From Desulfobacterales bacterium (GTDB lineage Bacteria; Desulfobacterota; Desulfobulbia; Desulfobulbales; BM004): a stretch of 64,000 bases of DNA. A program made the translations under genes and the position numbers. The notes beneath the pieces were generated by a model. It was not told the DNA's origin, did no database searches, and saw only the letters and a list, made by a program, of their open reading frames with translations. The stretch's first letter is position 1; each line of letters begins with the position of its first letter. The stretch is from the NCBI GenBank assembly GCA_021647905.1, contig JAKITW010000002.1:6210-70209 (forward strand). The letters run 5' to 3'. Below are positions 52,848 through 62,890 of this stretch, in pieces.

Positions 52848-53090
52848 TCAGCCTTTTTTAATATAAAACTTAAAAACGCCTCCCTGTTCCGTGCTTTTCA
52901 AAAAGGTATGGCCGGCGTATTTGCTCCAGGCCGGCAGGTCAACCCTTGATCCCGGATCAGTGCCGATTATTTCCAGCACCTCGCCCGGCTTCAGCCTTTC
53001 CATGACCTGTTTTGCCTTTAACAAAGGCATGGGGCAGGATAACCCCCTGGTATCCAGCGTTGCCGCCGGGTTGATCTTGTCAAGCGCCAT
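52848..53090 (-). CDS. tusA: TusA/SirA-family sulfurtransferase
   Basis: LDTRGLSCPMPLLKAKQ (the canonical TusA Cys-Pro-x-Pro motif). Start is either ATG 53090 or GTG 53111. Confidence 0.88.
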   Translation of the reverse strand: MALDKINPAATLDTRGLSCPMPLLKAKQVMERLKPGEVLEIIGTDPGSRVDLPAWSKYAGHTFLKSTEQGGVFKFYIKKG

Positions 53091-53202
53091 GGTTCCCGTG
53101 CACTTTACCACAGAGTGGTATCTTGTGGTAATTTTTATAGGTATGCGGCATGAAAATTTATCTTAACCGGATGACACTGTGAAAAAATGAACCAGCCTTC
53201 AC

Positions 53203-53231
53203 TTTATATTTTTATTTTAAGCAGTTGTCAA
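53203..53231 (-). promoter_or_regulatory. Sigma-70-type promoter candidate for the tusA operon (TTGACA-17 nt-TATAAA on the minus strand)
   Basis: The reverse complement of 53203-53231 reads TTGACAactgcttaaaataaaaaTATAAA. Confidence 0.55.
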
Positions 53232-53432
53232 TATGGTTTTCGCCTGTTTTTCGCGCGGGCACCGGCTTTGTGGCAGGGAGAGGGGGGGTGGTTGTTCCGA
53301 AAAAATAAAATTTTTTTAATATTTTTTGGCCAGGGAAGGGTTGACAGCGTATTATGGGGCGATTCAGGAAACAGATTAAGGTAGAGTGGGGGCCGGCAGG
53401 GCGGAAACTTTCAACTTCAAGATATTCGGGTT

Positions 53433-54044
53433 ATGGAACAGGGACAGGCCATGGGCATGGGACGGCCGGAGCTGCGCAAGCGGGTTTTGACCATCCGGGA
53501 CCGGCTCCCGGTAACGGAGCGGGCCACAAAGAGCGGGCAGATCCACAACAGGCTGTGGCAGCTTCCGGCCTTTGCCAATGCCGAGCTGCTTTGTATCTAT
53601 GTCAGTTTTCGTAGTGAAGTTGAGACCATGGGGTTGATCCGGCAATCTCTGGCCTTTGGGAAAACCGTTACCGTTCCCCTGACCGTGATTGATCCGCCGC
53701 AATTGATTCCCTACAAGATCGATGACCCGGACCAGGACCTTGTTTGCGGGTATTGCGGGATACCGGAGCCGGACCCCGGCCGGACCGGGCCGGTCGATCC
53801 CGGCGGGATTGAGGCGGTGCTGGTGCCGGGCGCGGTTTTTGATCCCCTGGGCGGCCGGCTCGGCTATGGCGGCGGCTACTATGATCGGTTTCTGGCTCTC
53901 AAAGCGCCGCAGGCCGTCAGGATCGGCATTGCCTTTGCGGCCCAGCTTGTTGACCGGGTGCCGGTCCTGGCCCATGATCAGCCCCTGGATTATCTGGTGA
54001 CCGAGGAGCGGGTCTTGTCAACCAGGGCCCGGCAAGGGGGTTGA
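53433..54044 (+). CDS. 5-formyltetrahydrofolate cyclo-ligase
   Basis: LRKRVL..R, YVSFRSEV.T, VPGAVFDPLGGRLGYGGGYYDRFL signature. The start is ambiguous (ATG 53433, 53451 or 53457). Confidence 0.85.
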   Translation: MEQGQAMGMGRPELRKRVLTIRDRLPVTERATKSGQIHNRLWQLPAFANAELLCIYVSFRSEVETMGLIRQSLAFGKTVTVPLTVIDPPQLIPYKIDDPDQDLVCGYCGIPEPDPGRTGPVDPGGIEAVLVPGAVFDPLGGRLGYGGGYYDRFLALKAPQAVRIGIAFAAQLVDRVPVLAHDQPLDYLVTEERVLSTRARQGG

Positions 54045-54073
54045 CTGGCAACCCGGCCATTTTTTTTGAGGAG

Positions 54074-55105
54074 ATGATGAAAAAAACAGCAATTTTCCGC
54101 GATGATCTCTTTCTGGAGCACCGGCCCGGGGCCCAGCATGTGGAATCCCCGGACCGGCTGGCGGTAATTTACGGCCTGCTTGACCAGCCGGAGTTTCAGG
54201 AGCGGTTTCTTTTTCCCGGCTGTGTCCCGGCCACCCCGGAGATCCTGGGACTGGTACACACCCAGGACCATATCAATCGAATTGGTGCAACCGCGGGCCG
54301 GGAGTTTGTCGGTCTGGACCCGGACACCGGGACCTCGGCCAGGTCATACGATGCCGCCAGCCTGGCCGCCGGCGCGGTGGTCAACGGGGTGGAGATGCTG
54401 GTGAACGGTGAGATCGACAACGGCTTTGCCCTGGTTCGACCTCCGGGCCACCATGCCGAGGCGGACCGGGCCATGGGGTTCTGCCTGTTCAACAATGTCG
54501 CGGTGGGCGCCCGGTACGCCCTGGACAAACTGGGACTGGCCCGGGTGTTGGTGGTGGACTGGGATATTCACCACGGCAACGGCACCCAGCACATTTTTTA
54601 CGATTCCAGCCAGGTGTTTTATTTTTCCACCCATCAGTACCCCTATTATCCCGGCAGCGGCGGCGTGGGTGAGGTGGGGACCGGCCCGGGCCTGGGTTTT
54701 ACCCTGAACGTGCCCCTGCCGGGCGGCCAGGGCGACCGGGACTTTGTCTCGATCCTGCGGGAGATTCTGGTGCCGGTGGCCAGGAAGTACCGGCCCGAGC
54801 TGATCCTGGTCTCGGCCGGATTCGATATCTATGAGGGTGACCCCCTGGGAACCATGCGGGTCACCAGCCAGGGCTTCGGTGCCATGACCCGGGTCATGAC
54901 GGCCCTGGCCGACGAGGTCTGTCAGGGCCGGCTGCTCTTTACCCTGGAGGGCGGCTATGATCTTATCGGCTTGCGGGACGGGGTAGCGGCGGTGCTGGCC
55001 GCGCTCAACGGTCAGCAGGATGATACCGGGCCGGAGCCGGCAACCGTGGCGGTGCCGGGCCTGGAAGAGGTGCATCATATTGCAAAAAAATTTTGGAACA
55101 TTTAA
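54074..55105 (+). CDS. Histone deacetylase-family amidohydrolase (HDAC/AcuC/acetylpolyamine type)
   Basis: RPPGHHA, DWDIHHGNGTQ, SAGFD and LEGGY motifs. Start at ATGATG behind GAGGAG. Confidence 0.88.
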   Translation: MMKKTAIFRDDLFLEHRPGAQHVESPDRLAVIYGLLDQPEFQERFLFPGCVPATPEILGLVHTQDHINRIGATAGREFVGLDPDTGTSARSYDAASLAAGAVVNGVEMLVNGEIDNGFALVRPPGHHAEADRAMGFCLFNNVAVGARYALDKLGLARVLVVDWDIHHGNGTQHIFYDSSQVFYFSTHQYPYYPGSGGVGEVGTGPGLGFTLNVPLPGGQGDRDFVSILREILVPVARKYRPELILVSAGFDIYEGDPLGTMRVTSQGFGAMTRVMTALADEVCQGRLLFTLEGGYDLIGLRDGVAAVLAALNGQQDDTGPEPATVAVPGLEEVHHIAKKFWNI

Positions 55106-55181
55106 GGTTGTCGGTCTTGTAACAGGTGCAACACGTCTGACCCGATCACCGGTGCCGGTGGTAATTGACAAGCGAGGAGCC

Positions 55182-55466
55182 ATGAAGATAACCGAAGAAC
55201 AAATTACCCATGTTGCCGACCTTGCCCGGCTGGAGCTGAGTCCCGGGGAGGTGGGTTCCATGACCGTGCAACTCGACCGGATCCTCTCCTATGTGGAGAA
55301 ACTGAACCAGCTTGATACCGCCGGGGTGGCGCCCACCACCCATGCCCTGTCGATTCAAAACGCCTTTCGCCCGGACCAGGTCAGGCCTTCCCTTGACCGG
55401 AAGGACTCCCTGGCCAACGCCCCGGCGGAGAACGGCGAGGCCTTTGTGGTACCCAGGGTGATCTGA
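55182..55466 (+). CDS. gatC: Asp/Glu-tRNA(Asn/Gln) amidotransferase subunit C
   Basis: [20 protein letters not shown]......L..IL.YVE.L..LDT, 94 aa. GAGGAGCC lies upstream of the ATG. Confidence 0.9.
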   Translation: MKITEEQITHVADLARLELSPGEVGSMTVQLDRILSYVEKLNQLDTAGVAPTTHALSIQNAFRPDQVRPSLDRKDSLANAPAENGEAFVVPRVI

Positions 55467-55531
55467 GCGAGTTGGCCGGGATTATCCCGGCAAGACAAGC
55501 AATTGCTGTTGAATGCAAAGGGAGAACAAGC

Positions 55532-56989
55532 GTGGAACTCCATAGTTTGACCATCCATGGATTACAGGACCTGCTGGCCCGGGGAGAGGTCTCTTCCCTG
55601 GAGGCGACCCGGGCGGTTCTGGATCGGATTGAAGCAGTGGAACCCCGGGTCAGGGCCTATATCACCCTGGAGCGGGAGCGAGCCCTTGAACAGGCGCGGG
55701 CAGCCGATAAACAGCTGCGGACCGGCAGCGGCGGTCCCCTGTGCGGGGTGGTGCTCTCGGTAAAAGACGTGCTCTGTACCAAGGGGGTCCGCACCACCTG
55801 CGGTTCCCGGATCCTGGAGAATTTCGTGCCGCCCTACGACGCCACCGTGGTGGAGAAATTGAAAAAGGCCGGGGCGATTATTGTCGGCAAGGCGGCCATG
55901 GACGAGTTTGCCATGGGCTCGACCTCGGAAAACTGCGCCTTTACCGTGCCCCGCAACCCCTGGAACCTCGATTATATCTGCGGCGGTTCCAGCGGCGGTT
56001 CCGCCGCCGCAGTGGCTGCGGATGAATGTTTCGCCTCCCTGGGTTCGGATACCGGCGGCTCCATTCGTCAACCCGCCTCCCACTGCGGGATCGTCGGACT
56101 CAAACCCACCTATGGCCGGGTCTCCCGCTACGGGCTGGTGGCCTTTGCCTCTTCCCTGGACCAGGTCGGACCGATGACCAAGGACGTGCGGGATTGCGCC
56201 CTGATGCTGCAGTTGATCAGCGGCCATGATCCCCGGGACTCCACCTCAATGGACCGGCCGGTGCCGGATTATACCGCTGCCCTGGGCCGGGATGTGGCCG
56301 GGATGCGGATCGGGATCCCCAGGGAGTATTTCGGTGCTGGTCTGGATCCGGAGGTGGAGGCCGCGGTGCGCCAGGGGATCGATACCCTCCAGGCGGCCGG
56401 CGCCCTGATCGTCGAGGTCTCCCTGCCCCGCACCGAGTACTGCGTGGCGGTCTACTATCTCATCGCCCCGGCCGAGGCCAGCTCCAACCTGGCCCGGTAT
56501 GACGGGGTGCGCTACGGCTTCCGCCAACCCGGCGACACCCTGGCCGAGATGTACCGCAACAGCCGCTCCCAGGGCTTTGGCGATGAGGTCAAGCGGCGGA
56601 TTCTGATCGGCACCTATGCCCTTTCCTCGGGCTATTATGACGCCTACTATAAAAAGGCCTCCCAGGCGCGGACCCTGATCGTCGAGGACTTCAACAAGGT
56701 CTTTTCCGAGTGCGATGTGCTTGCCTCGCCGGTGTCGCCCACCCGGGCCTGGCGGCTGGGCGAGAAAAACAAAGACCCGCTCAGCGTGTACCTTTCCGAC
56801 ATCATGACCATTTCCGCCAACCTGGCCGGTATCCCCGGCATGTCGGTTCCCTGCGGTTTCAGTGCTAACGGCCTGCCCATCGGCATCCAGCTCCAGGGGA
56901 CCCATTTTCAGGAGGAGAAACTGTTCACCGTGGCCGCGGCCCTGGAAAAGCGGCTGCCACTTACCCCGCCCAAACCCAAGGCGGTATAA
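55532..56989 (+). CDS. gatA: Asp/Glu-tRNA(Asn/Gln) amidotransferase subunit A
   Basis: Amidase signature [25 protein letters not shown]. Start at GTG 55532 behind AAGGGAGAA. The track ORF starts 60 nt upstream. Confidence 0.93.
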   Translation: MELHSLTIHGLQDLLARGEVSSLEATRAVLDRIEAVEPRVRAYITLERERALEQARAADKQLRTGSGGPLCGVVLSVKDVLCTKGVRTTCGSRILENFVPPYDATVVEKLKKAGAIIVGKAAMDEFAMGSTSENCAFTVPRNPWNLDYICGGSSGGSAAAVAADECFASLGSDTGGSIRQPASHCGIVGLKPTYGRVSRYGLVAFASSLDQVGPMTKDVRDCALMLQLISGHDPRDSTSMDRPVPDYTAALGRDVAGMRIGIPREYFGAGLDPEVEAAVRQGIDTLQAAGALIVEVSLPRTEYCVAVYYLIAPAEASSNLARYDGVRYGFRQPGDTLAEMYRNSRSQGFGDEVKRRILIGTYALSSGYYDAYYKKASQARTLIVEDFNKVFSECDVLASPVSPTRAWRLGEKNKDPLSVYLSDIMTISANLAGIPGMSVPCGFSANGLPIGIQLQGTHFQEEKLFTVAAALEKRLPLTPPKPKAV

Positions 56990-57056
56990 AACAGGTGTTA
57001 AGGCTAAGGGTTGTCGGAACGTTACGGCCGCAACATCGAAACCAACAGGAAACAGC

Positions 57057-58181
57057 GTGAAGATCAAGGTAGCATCCCATATCGAGTCCATTGTCCCCTA
57101 TCCGCCGGGCAAGCCCCTGGAGGAGCTGGAGCGGGAGTACGGGATTACCGGCTCCATCAAGCTTGCCTCCAATGAAAACGCCTGGGGGCCCTCTCCCAAG
57201 GCAATGGCCGCGATCAGCCGGGCCCTGGCCAATCTGCATCGCTACCCGGACGGCAGCTGCCATTACCTGGCGGAAAAACTGGCGGAAAAACTGGGGGTCA
57301 AAACCGGGGAGATCGTCTTTGGCAACGGTTCCAACGAGGTGATCGGCTTCCTGGTCACCGCGCTGGTGGCCCCGGGAGACGAGGTGATCACCAGCCGGCC
57401 CACCTTTCTGATGTACCGGAAGCTGGTCCAGGTCCAGGGCGGGATTACCCGGGTGGTACCGATGCAGGGGATGCACCACGATCTGGCGGGAATCCTGGCC
57501 GCGATTACCGAAAAGACCCGGCTTATCTTTCTCGACAACCCCAACAACCCCTGCGGCACGGTTATTGAAAAACAGGCCTTTGAGGATTTTCTCGCCCAGG
57601 TGCCGGAGCAGGTGGTGGTGGTGCTGGACGAGGCCTATATCGATTTCGTCGACCCGGCGGTCCGGCTCGACGGCCTCTCCTACCTGCCGGGCCGGCAGAA
57701 TAAAAAGGAGTTGCACAAGACCGTGGTGATCCTGCGCACCTTTTCCAAGGCCTACGGCCTGGCCGGGCTCAGGGTCGGCTTCGGGGTGATGGATGGTGAG
57801 CTGGCCGGTTTCCTGCACCGGGTCCGCCAGCCCTTTAACGTCAACACCCTGGCCCAGGTCGGGGCCCTGGCCGGGCTGGCCGATGAGGAGCATTACCGGA
57901 CCACCATTGACGGCACCGCGGCCGGCATGGAATGGCTCAGCCAGGAGGTGGCCAGGCTGGGCTGCGTTCCGCTGGCCTCGCAGACCAATTTTTTCCTGAT
58001 CAACGTCAGGGGCAACGGCAAGGAACTCTATGAACGGATGCTGCGCAAGGGGGTGATTGTCCGGCCCATGCAGGCCTACGGCTTTCCCGATCATATCCGG
58101 ATCACCGTGGGCATGGAGGCGGAAAACCAGCGTTTTATCAAGGCCCTGGCTGAATCATTGCAGGAACTCGGCTATGTCTAA
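57057..58181 (+). CDS. hisC: Histidinol-phosphate aminotransferase
   Basis: KLASNENAWGPSP..NPNNPCG..RTFSKAYGLAGLRVG (PLP lysine). Start at GTG 57057 behind AGGAAACAGC. The track ORF extension overlaps gatA. Confidence 0.9.
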   Translation: MKIKVASHIESIVPYPPGKPLEELEREYGITGSIKLASNENAWGPSPKAMAAISRALANLHRYPDGSCHYLAEKLAEKLGVKTGEIVFGNGSNEVIGFLVTALVAPGDEVITSRPTFLMYRKLVQVQGGITRVVPMQGMHHDLAGILAAITEKTRLIFLDNPNNPCGTVIEKQAFEDFLAQVPEQVVVVLDEAYIDFVDPAVRLDGLSYLPGRQNKKELHKTVVILRTFSKAYGLAGLRVGFGVMDGELAGFLHRVRQPFNVNTLAQVGALAGLADEEHYRTTIDGTAAGMEWLSQEVARLGCVPLASQTNFFLINVRGNGKELYERMLRKGVIVRPMQAYGFPDHIRITVGMEAENQRFIKALAESLQELGYV

Positions 58182-58857
58182 GGGCGCGGTGATCACCATT
58201 GACGGTCCGTCCGGGGCCGGCAAGAGCACGATCGGCAGGTTGTTGGCCGCCCGGCTCAACTATACCTATCTCGATACCGGGGCCATGTACCGGGCCGTGG
58301 GGCTCAAGGTCCGCCAGGCCGGCATTGACCTGGACGATCCGGTCGACCGGCCCCGGCTGACCGAACTGCTCGACTCCCTGGATCTTCGCTTGGCACCGGC
58401 CCAGGGTGAGGGCCGGGATACCCGGGTTTTTCTCGATAATATCGAGGTCAGCGCGGCGATCCGCACCGCTGAGATGGGGATGGTCGCCTCCCGGGTGTCG
58501 GCCGAGCCGGCAGTCCGTAAAAAACTGACCGAGATGCAGCAGCAGCTGGGACGGGCCGGCGGAGTGGTGGCCGAGGGCCGCGACACCGGTACCGTGGTTT
58601 TCCCGCGGGCCGAGTATAAATTTTATCTGGATGCCGGGCCGGAGGAGCGGGCCAGGCGGCGCTGGGAGCAGCTCAAGGAAAAGGGCCAGCTGGTGGACAG
58701 GGAAGAGCTGCTGGCCCAGATCCGCAAACGGGACCATGATGACCGCAGCCGGGCCCTGGCCCCGCTGACCCCGGCCGCGGATGCGGTGATCATTGACTCC
58801 TCGGCCATGAGCATTGATGAGGTGGTGGAAAGTCTGCTGGCCCGGATCAAGGGATAA
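58174..58857 (+). CDS. cmk: Cytidylate kinase
   Basis: ITIDGPSGAGKSTIGRLLA..YLDTGAMYR..EGRDTGTVVFP. 8-nt overlap with hisC. Confidence 0.92.
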   Translation: MSKGAVITIDGPSGAGKSTIGRLLAARLNYTYLDTGAMYRAVGLKVRQAGIDLDDPVDRPRLTELLDSLDLRLAPAQGEGRDTRVFLDNIEVSAAIRTAEMGMVASRVSAEPAVRKKLTEMQQQLGRAGGVVAEGRDTGTVVFPRAEYKFYLDAGPEERARRRWEQLKEKGQLVDREELLAQIRKRDHDDRSRALAPLTPAADAVIIDSSAMSIDEVVESLLARIKG

Positions 58858-58912
58858 AGCAGCCGCAAGCCGTTTTCACCAGCCCTGATCCCCCCGGCCG
58901 GCCCCTTTCCGG

Positions 58913-58970
58913 GGTAACCACGCACAGGGTGGCGCTTTCCACCTGTCGAGTACACTCCTTGCCCGGTAAG
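58913..58970 (+). repeat. Family C repeat (copy C2)
   Basis: GGTAACCACgCACAGGGTGGCGCTTTCCACCTGTCGAGtACACTCCTTGCCCGGTAaG. It differs from C1 at about 3 positions. Confidence 0.65.
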
Positions 58971-58985
58971 ATTTCCAGCTGTTTT

Positions 58986-60119
58986 TCAGCCGGTGGTGAG
59001 AATCCCCATCACCAGGCCGGCACAGCGGATCATATCGGCAAGCTCAATGGTTTCATCCGTGGTATGCACCTTGGTCATGCCGGTGCCGATGATGGCGCAG
59101 TCATACCCCTTACTGGTAAGGATATTGGCATCGCTGCCGCCGCCGGCGGTGCGGAAGGCGAGGTCCCGGCCGGCCCTGGCCGCCCGCTGGATGACCGGGG
59201 CGTCCCTGGCCAGCTTCATCACCGGATACTCCTGAACAACGGTTACCGCCACCCCGGATTTTCCGGCCGCCTTATCGCAGTGACCGCTCCAGTCGTCCAC
59301 CACCTGGTAAAAGGTCTCCTTGACCTCCTCGGTCAGGGCGTTGAGGGTGGCTTCGGAGTGGCTGCGGATTTCGCCCATGACCACGGCCTTTCCCGGAATG
59401 ATATTGGTTGCCACCCCGCCCTTGATCAGCCCCACATTGGCAGTACTCTCCCTGTCGATCCGGCCCAGGTGCAGCTCGGCCACGGCCCTGGCCGCCAGCT
59501 GGATGGCATTGATCCCCTGTTCCGGATTCAGGCCGGCATGGGCCGAGACCCCGCAGATTTCAGCGGTGTAGCGGTTGGCGGCCGGCGCGCCAATGATCAC
59601 GCTGTTGGTCTCGGTGGTGTCCAGGGCATAGCCCATTTTTGCGATCAGCCGGCTGCAGTCAAGGGCCTTGACCCCCAGGAGGCCGATCTCCTCGCCGGTG
59701 GTGAAGATAAACTCCACCGGCCCGTGGGGGATCTTGTTTTCCCGGAGCGCGCGGATCACCTCGATCAACACGGCAATGCCGGATTTATCGTCAGCCCCGA
59801 GCACGGTCTCGCCCCTGCTGGAAAAACGGTCGCCCTCCCGGACCACCGCAACCCCCTCGCCCGGCTGTACCGTATCCAGGTGGCAGTTGAAAAAAACTGG
59901 TTCCAGGTCCAGGCCGCCATCAACAAAACGGACAAGCAGGTTGCCGCAGTCCGAGCCGGTGACCGGGGCCGAGTCATCCTCAAACACGCTGGCCCCCATT
60001 TCAGTGAAAAGGGTGGTGAGATAGGCGGCCAGCGTCCCCTCCTTTCCAGAGGGGCTGTCGATTTCACAGAGTGTTGTAAAAAGATCGGCCAGTCGTTCCT
60101 TGTTGATTACCATGGTCAT
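58986..60119 (-). CDS. M20-family metallopeptidase (peptidase T-like)
   Basis: HLDTV, DDKSGIAVLIE, TTGEEIGLLG and the C-terminal GGGSDAN motif. AGAGGTA lies upstream of the ATG. Confidence 0.85.
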   Translation of the reverse strand: MTMVINKERLADLFTTLCEIDSPSGKEGTLAAYLTTLFTEMGASVFEDDSAPVTGSDCGNLLVRFVDGGLDLEPVFFNCHLDTVQPGEGVAVVREGDRFSSRGETVLGADDKSGIAVLIEVIRALRENKIPHGPVEFIFTTGEEIGLLGVKALDCSRLIAKMGYALDTTETNSVIIGAPAANRYTAEICGVSAHAGLNPEQGINAIQLAARAVAELHLGRIDRESTANVGLIKGGVATNIIPGKAVVMGEIRSHSEATLNALTEEVKETFYQVVDDWSGHCDKAAGKSGVAVTVVQEYPVMKLARDAPVIQRAARAGRDLAFRTAGGGSDANILTSKGYDCAIIGTGMTKVHTTDETIELADMIRCAGLVMGILTTG

Positions 60120-60177
60120 TACCTCTGTTCAGCCCAGCTTCTATTCTGTGAAACCGCGACTTGCTTGTTTATCAGTT

Positions 60178-60283
60178 TTGTCGGTCTCGCAACAACCGCT
60201 CGACGGACGTGGCTCGTCTTGTAGCTTGTTGATGTTATCCGGTGGCATTTGAAGCGTTGGGGGGTTGTTACTGGTTCGTCAAT
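60178..60283 (+). repeat. Family B repeat (copy B6, most diverged), overlapping the last codons of ald
   Basis: TGTCGGTCTCGCAACAACCGCTCGACGGACGTGgctCGTCTTGTAgCTTGTTGATgTTATccGGTGGCATTTGAAGCgTTggGGGGTTGTTACtgGTTCgTCAA. Confidence 0.75.
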
Positions 60284-61329
60284 TTTCCGTGCAGCACATT
60301 GATCCCGCGCCTCAGGGCCGGATCCTCTTCCGCTGCCCGTTCAACACCTTTATCGGCAATGGCCAGGACAAAGGGCAGGGTGACGTTGGTCAGGGCAAAG
60401 GTCGAGGTTCTGGGCACAGCGCCGGGCATGTTGGTGACACAGTAGTGAATGATCCCATTGATATTAAAGGTGGGTTCCGAGTGGGTGGTGGGTCTGGCGG
60501 TCTCCACGCAGCCGCCCTGGTCAATGGCCACATCCACAATCACCGCCCCTTTTTTCATGGTCTTGAGCATCTCCCGGGAGACCAGTTTCGGGGCGTTGCT
60601 CCCCGGGATCAGCACCGCTCCCACCAGCAGGTCGGCAACAACCAGCTCCTGTTCGATATTATGCTGGTTGGACATCAGGGTCGTGATCCGGTTGGCAAGG
60701 ATGTCTTCCAGGTAGGCCAGCCGGTGCAGGTCGGTATCGAGCACAGTGACCGTGGCGCCCAGGGCGGTTGCCACCCGGGCCGCATTGGCGCCCACGGTGC
60801 CGCCGCCGAGAATGGTGACGTGGCCGTGTTCCACTCCCGGCACCCCGCCCAGCAGGATGCCGCGGCCGCCTTTTTCCCGGGCAAGAAAATGGGCGCCCAC
60901 CTGGACGGCCATCCGGCCGGCCACTTCGCTCATCGGCGCCAGCAGGGGGAGGTAGCCGTTTTCCAGTTGAACGGTTTCGTAACCAATGGCCGTGACCCCC
61001 TTGTTGATCAACGCCCCGGTTAACTCCGGCAGCGGGGCCAGGTGCAGGTAGGTGAAAAGAATAAGGCCCGGTCGAAGAAAGGGGTATTCGGCTTCAATTG
61101 GTTCCTTGACCTTGACCACCATCTCGGCCCGGCCGTAGACCTCCTCGGCCCGGGCCACGATCTCGGCCCCGGCCCGCTGGTATTCAAGGTCGCTGATATC
61201 ACTGCCCTGGCCTGCCCCGGCTTCCAGCAGGACCCGGTGGCCGGCCAGGGTTAAGGTCCTGACCCCGGCCGGGACCATGCCCACCCGGTATTCCCGGTCT
61301 TTTATTTCTCTGGGTACGCCGATGATCAT
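60268..61329 (-). CDS. ald: Alanine dehydrogenase
   Basis: [35 protein letters not shown] (NAD fold)..[10 protein letters not shown]. Start at ATG 61329. The track ORF has a 54-aa extension. Confidence 0.9.
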   Translation of the reverse strand: MIIGVPREIKDREYRVGMVPAGVRTLTLAGHRVLLEAGAGQGSDISDLEYQRAGAEIVARAEEVYGRAEMVVKVKEPIEAEYPFLRPGLILFTYLHLAPLPELTGALINKGVTAIGYETVQLENGYLPLLAPMSEVAGRMAVQVGAHFLAREKGGRGILLGGVPGVEHGHVTILGGGTVGANAARVATALGATVTVLDTDLHRLAYLEDILANRITTLMSNQHNIEQELVVADLLVGAVLIPGSNAPKLVSREMLKTMKKGAVIVDVAIDQGGCVETARPTTHSEPTFNINGIIHYCVTNMPGAVPRTSTFALTNVTLPFVLAIADKGVERAAEEDPALRRGINVLHGKLTNQ

Positions 61330-61495
61330 GAGTGGTTTTCCCTTTTGTAAAAAAAGCCTACTTACCATAGGGGGCCGGGTGTTGACCAGGGCAAAACGTG
61401 ATCCACGGCAAAAAACCCCCGCCAGAAAGGAGTGCCGGGATCTTCCGGGTGACAGGGCTGAACAGCGGTTTCCAGCAAATGGAGAAACCATTTTT

Positions 61496-61526
61496 TTGAC
61501 AAATCGTCATGTTATGGCTTTATATA
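61496..61526 (+). promoter_or_regulatory. Sigma-70-type promoter candidate upstream of serA (TTGACA-17 nt-TTTATA)
   Basis: TTGACA at 61496-61501 and TTTATATA at 61519-61526. Confidence 0.45.
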
Positions 61527-61621
61527 CTGTCACGCTGTGGTGTTGCCGCCAGGACCTGCTCCTGGCTTGAGGGGTGCGATCAGGAAATGCATTCTATGTA
61601 ATGGGATAACCAGGAGGAGCC

Positions 61622-62803
61622 ATGGAACCGTTCCGGGTCAAGATCATTGATAAGGTTGCCACTGAAGGGCTGTTTCTTCCGGAGGAGCGTTATCGGGTCG
61701 GGCCGGAGGTTGACAATCCCCAGGCGATCATTGTCCGCAGTTCGCCCCTTGACATTGACGACTATCCCGGCCTGCTGGCCGTGGCCCGGGCCGGGACCGG
61801 GGTCAACAACATCAGCGTGGACAAGGCCACGGACAGGGGCGTTGCTGTTTTCAATACCCCGGGCGCCAATGCCAATGCCGTGGCCGAGCTGGTCTTTACC
61901 ATGCTGGGGATCTGGGCCCGCAACATCCATCAGGGCCTGGCCTTCTGCCAGGACCAGCTCGACCTGGAGGAGAGTGAACTCGTTCGCCGGGTGGAAGCGG
62001 AAAAGTCGCGCTTCCGCGGGGTGGAGCTGGCCGGCAAGACCCTGGGGGTCATCGGCCTGGGCAAGATCGGGGTGCTGGTGGCCAACGGCGGGATCCAGCG
62101 CCGGATGCGGGTCATCGGCTTTGATCCCTCGCCGGCCCTGGAAAATATTCACGCCCTGGCTCCCGAGGTCTCCCTGGCCCGTTCCTTGGCCGAAGTGGTC
62201 GCAAAGGTTGATATTCTCTCCCTGCACGTGCCGCTCAGCCCCAAGACCAGGAAGATCGTCAACCAGGAGCTGCTCGACCGGATGCCGGGCCATGCCCTGC
62301 TGGTCAACTATGCCCGGGGTCCGATCGTGGACCGGGCGGCGGTGCTTGCCGCCCTGAACCAGGGAAGACTGGGCGGCTATATCACCGATTTTCCCTCTGC
62401 CGACATCCTGGACCATCCCCTGGTGCTCACCACCCCCCACCTGGGGGCGAGCACCGAGGAGTCCGAGGAAAACTGCGCCCGCCTGGCGGTCAACGAGCTG
62501 ACAGCATATCTGGAGTATGGCAACGTGATGCGGAGCGTTAATTTTCCCACCACTGAATCCATTCCCCCGGATCACAGCCATTGCCGGCTGATCGTGATCA
62601 ACCGGGATATCCCGGGGATGATTGGGTTTGTCTCCCATGCCGTTGGTGCCCGGGGGATCAATATTGCCAGCTATCTAAATGAAAGCAACGGGGAGATCGG
62701 CTATAATATTATCGACCTGGAGGCGCCGGTTCCGGAGGAACTCAAGGCGGAGATCGAGGCCCACCCCGGAGTGATCCGCACCCGGTCCATTGGGTGCGGA
62801 TAA
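61622..62803 (+). CDS. serA: D-3-phosphoglycerate dehydrogenase (2-hydroxyacid dehydrogenase with C-terminal ACT domain)
   Basis: GKTLGVIGLGKIG NAD motif, HVPL..T. ..N, ARG..VD and TPHLGAST, with a C-terminal ACT-like segment. AGGAGGAGCC lies upstream of the ATG. Confidence 0.88.
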   Translation: MEPFRVKIIDKVATEGLFLPEERYRVGPEVDNPQAIIVRSSPLDIDDYPGLLAVARAGTGVNNISVDKATDRGVAVFNTPGANANAVAELVFTMLGIWARNIHQGLAFCQDQLDLEESELVRRVEAEKSRFRGVELAGKTLGVIGLGKIGVLVANGGIQRRMRVIGFDPSPALENIHALAPEVSLARSLAEVVAKVDILSLHVPLSPKTRKIVNQELLDRMPGHALLVNYARGPIVDRAAVLAALNQGRLGGYITDFPSADILDHPLVLTTPHLGASTEESEENCARLAVNELTAYLEYGNVMRSVNFPTTESIPPDHSHCRLIVINRDIPGMIGFVSHAVGARGINIASYLNESNGEIGYNIIDLEAPVPEELKAEIEAHPGVIRTRSIGCG

Positions 62804-62824
62804 AAAAATTCAAGACGGAAAGGT

Positions 62825-62888
62825 GTTTATATGAAAGTCGCCACCAAGCGCTGTCCTTGCCATGCCGGCATGGCTGGACCATGCCGCT
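62825..62888 (+). repeat. Family A repeat (copy A6, rearranged/truncated alpha subtype)
   Basis: GTTTATATGAAAGTCGCCACCAaGCGC..CCTTGCCATGCCGGCATGGCTGGACCATGCC. It contains the perfect 16-nt palindrome GCCATGCCGGCATGGC. Confidence 0.7.
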
Positions 62889-62890
62889 TA

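Noticed and set aside
53112-53432. A 6S RNA (ssrS) gene might be expected immediately upstream of the 5-formyltetrahydrofolate cyclo-ligase gene, as in E. coli ssrS-ygfA synteny.
   Set aside because: The 320-nt spacer is dominated by an AT-rich divergent promoter region. I could not build the long closing helix or central bubble of 6S from it. Only a weak pairing exists (TTTCGCCTG / CAGGGCGGAAA). An Infernal scan would be needed to exclude it formally.
56862-57056. N-terminal extensions proposed by the ORF track for many genes, including hisC, gatA, gatC, cmk, ald, thrC, mtaD, the GGDEF gene, the TonB receptor and the LpxR-like gene.
   Set aside because: The extensions overlap upstream genes or repeats and are Arg/Pro/Gly-rich. 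Internal ATG or GTG starts preceded by clear SD sequences reproduce the family-typical N-termini.
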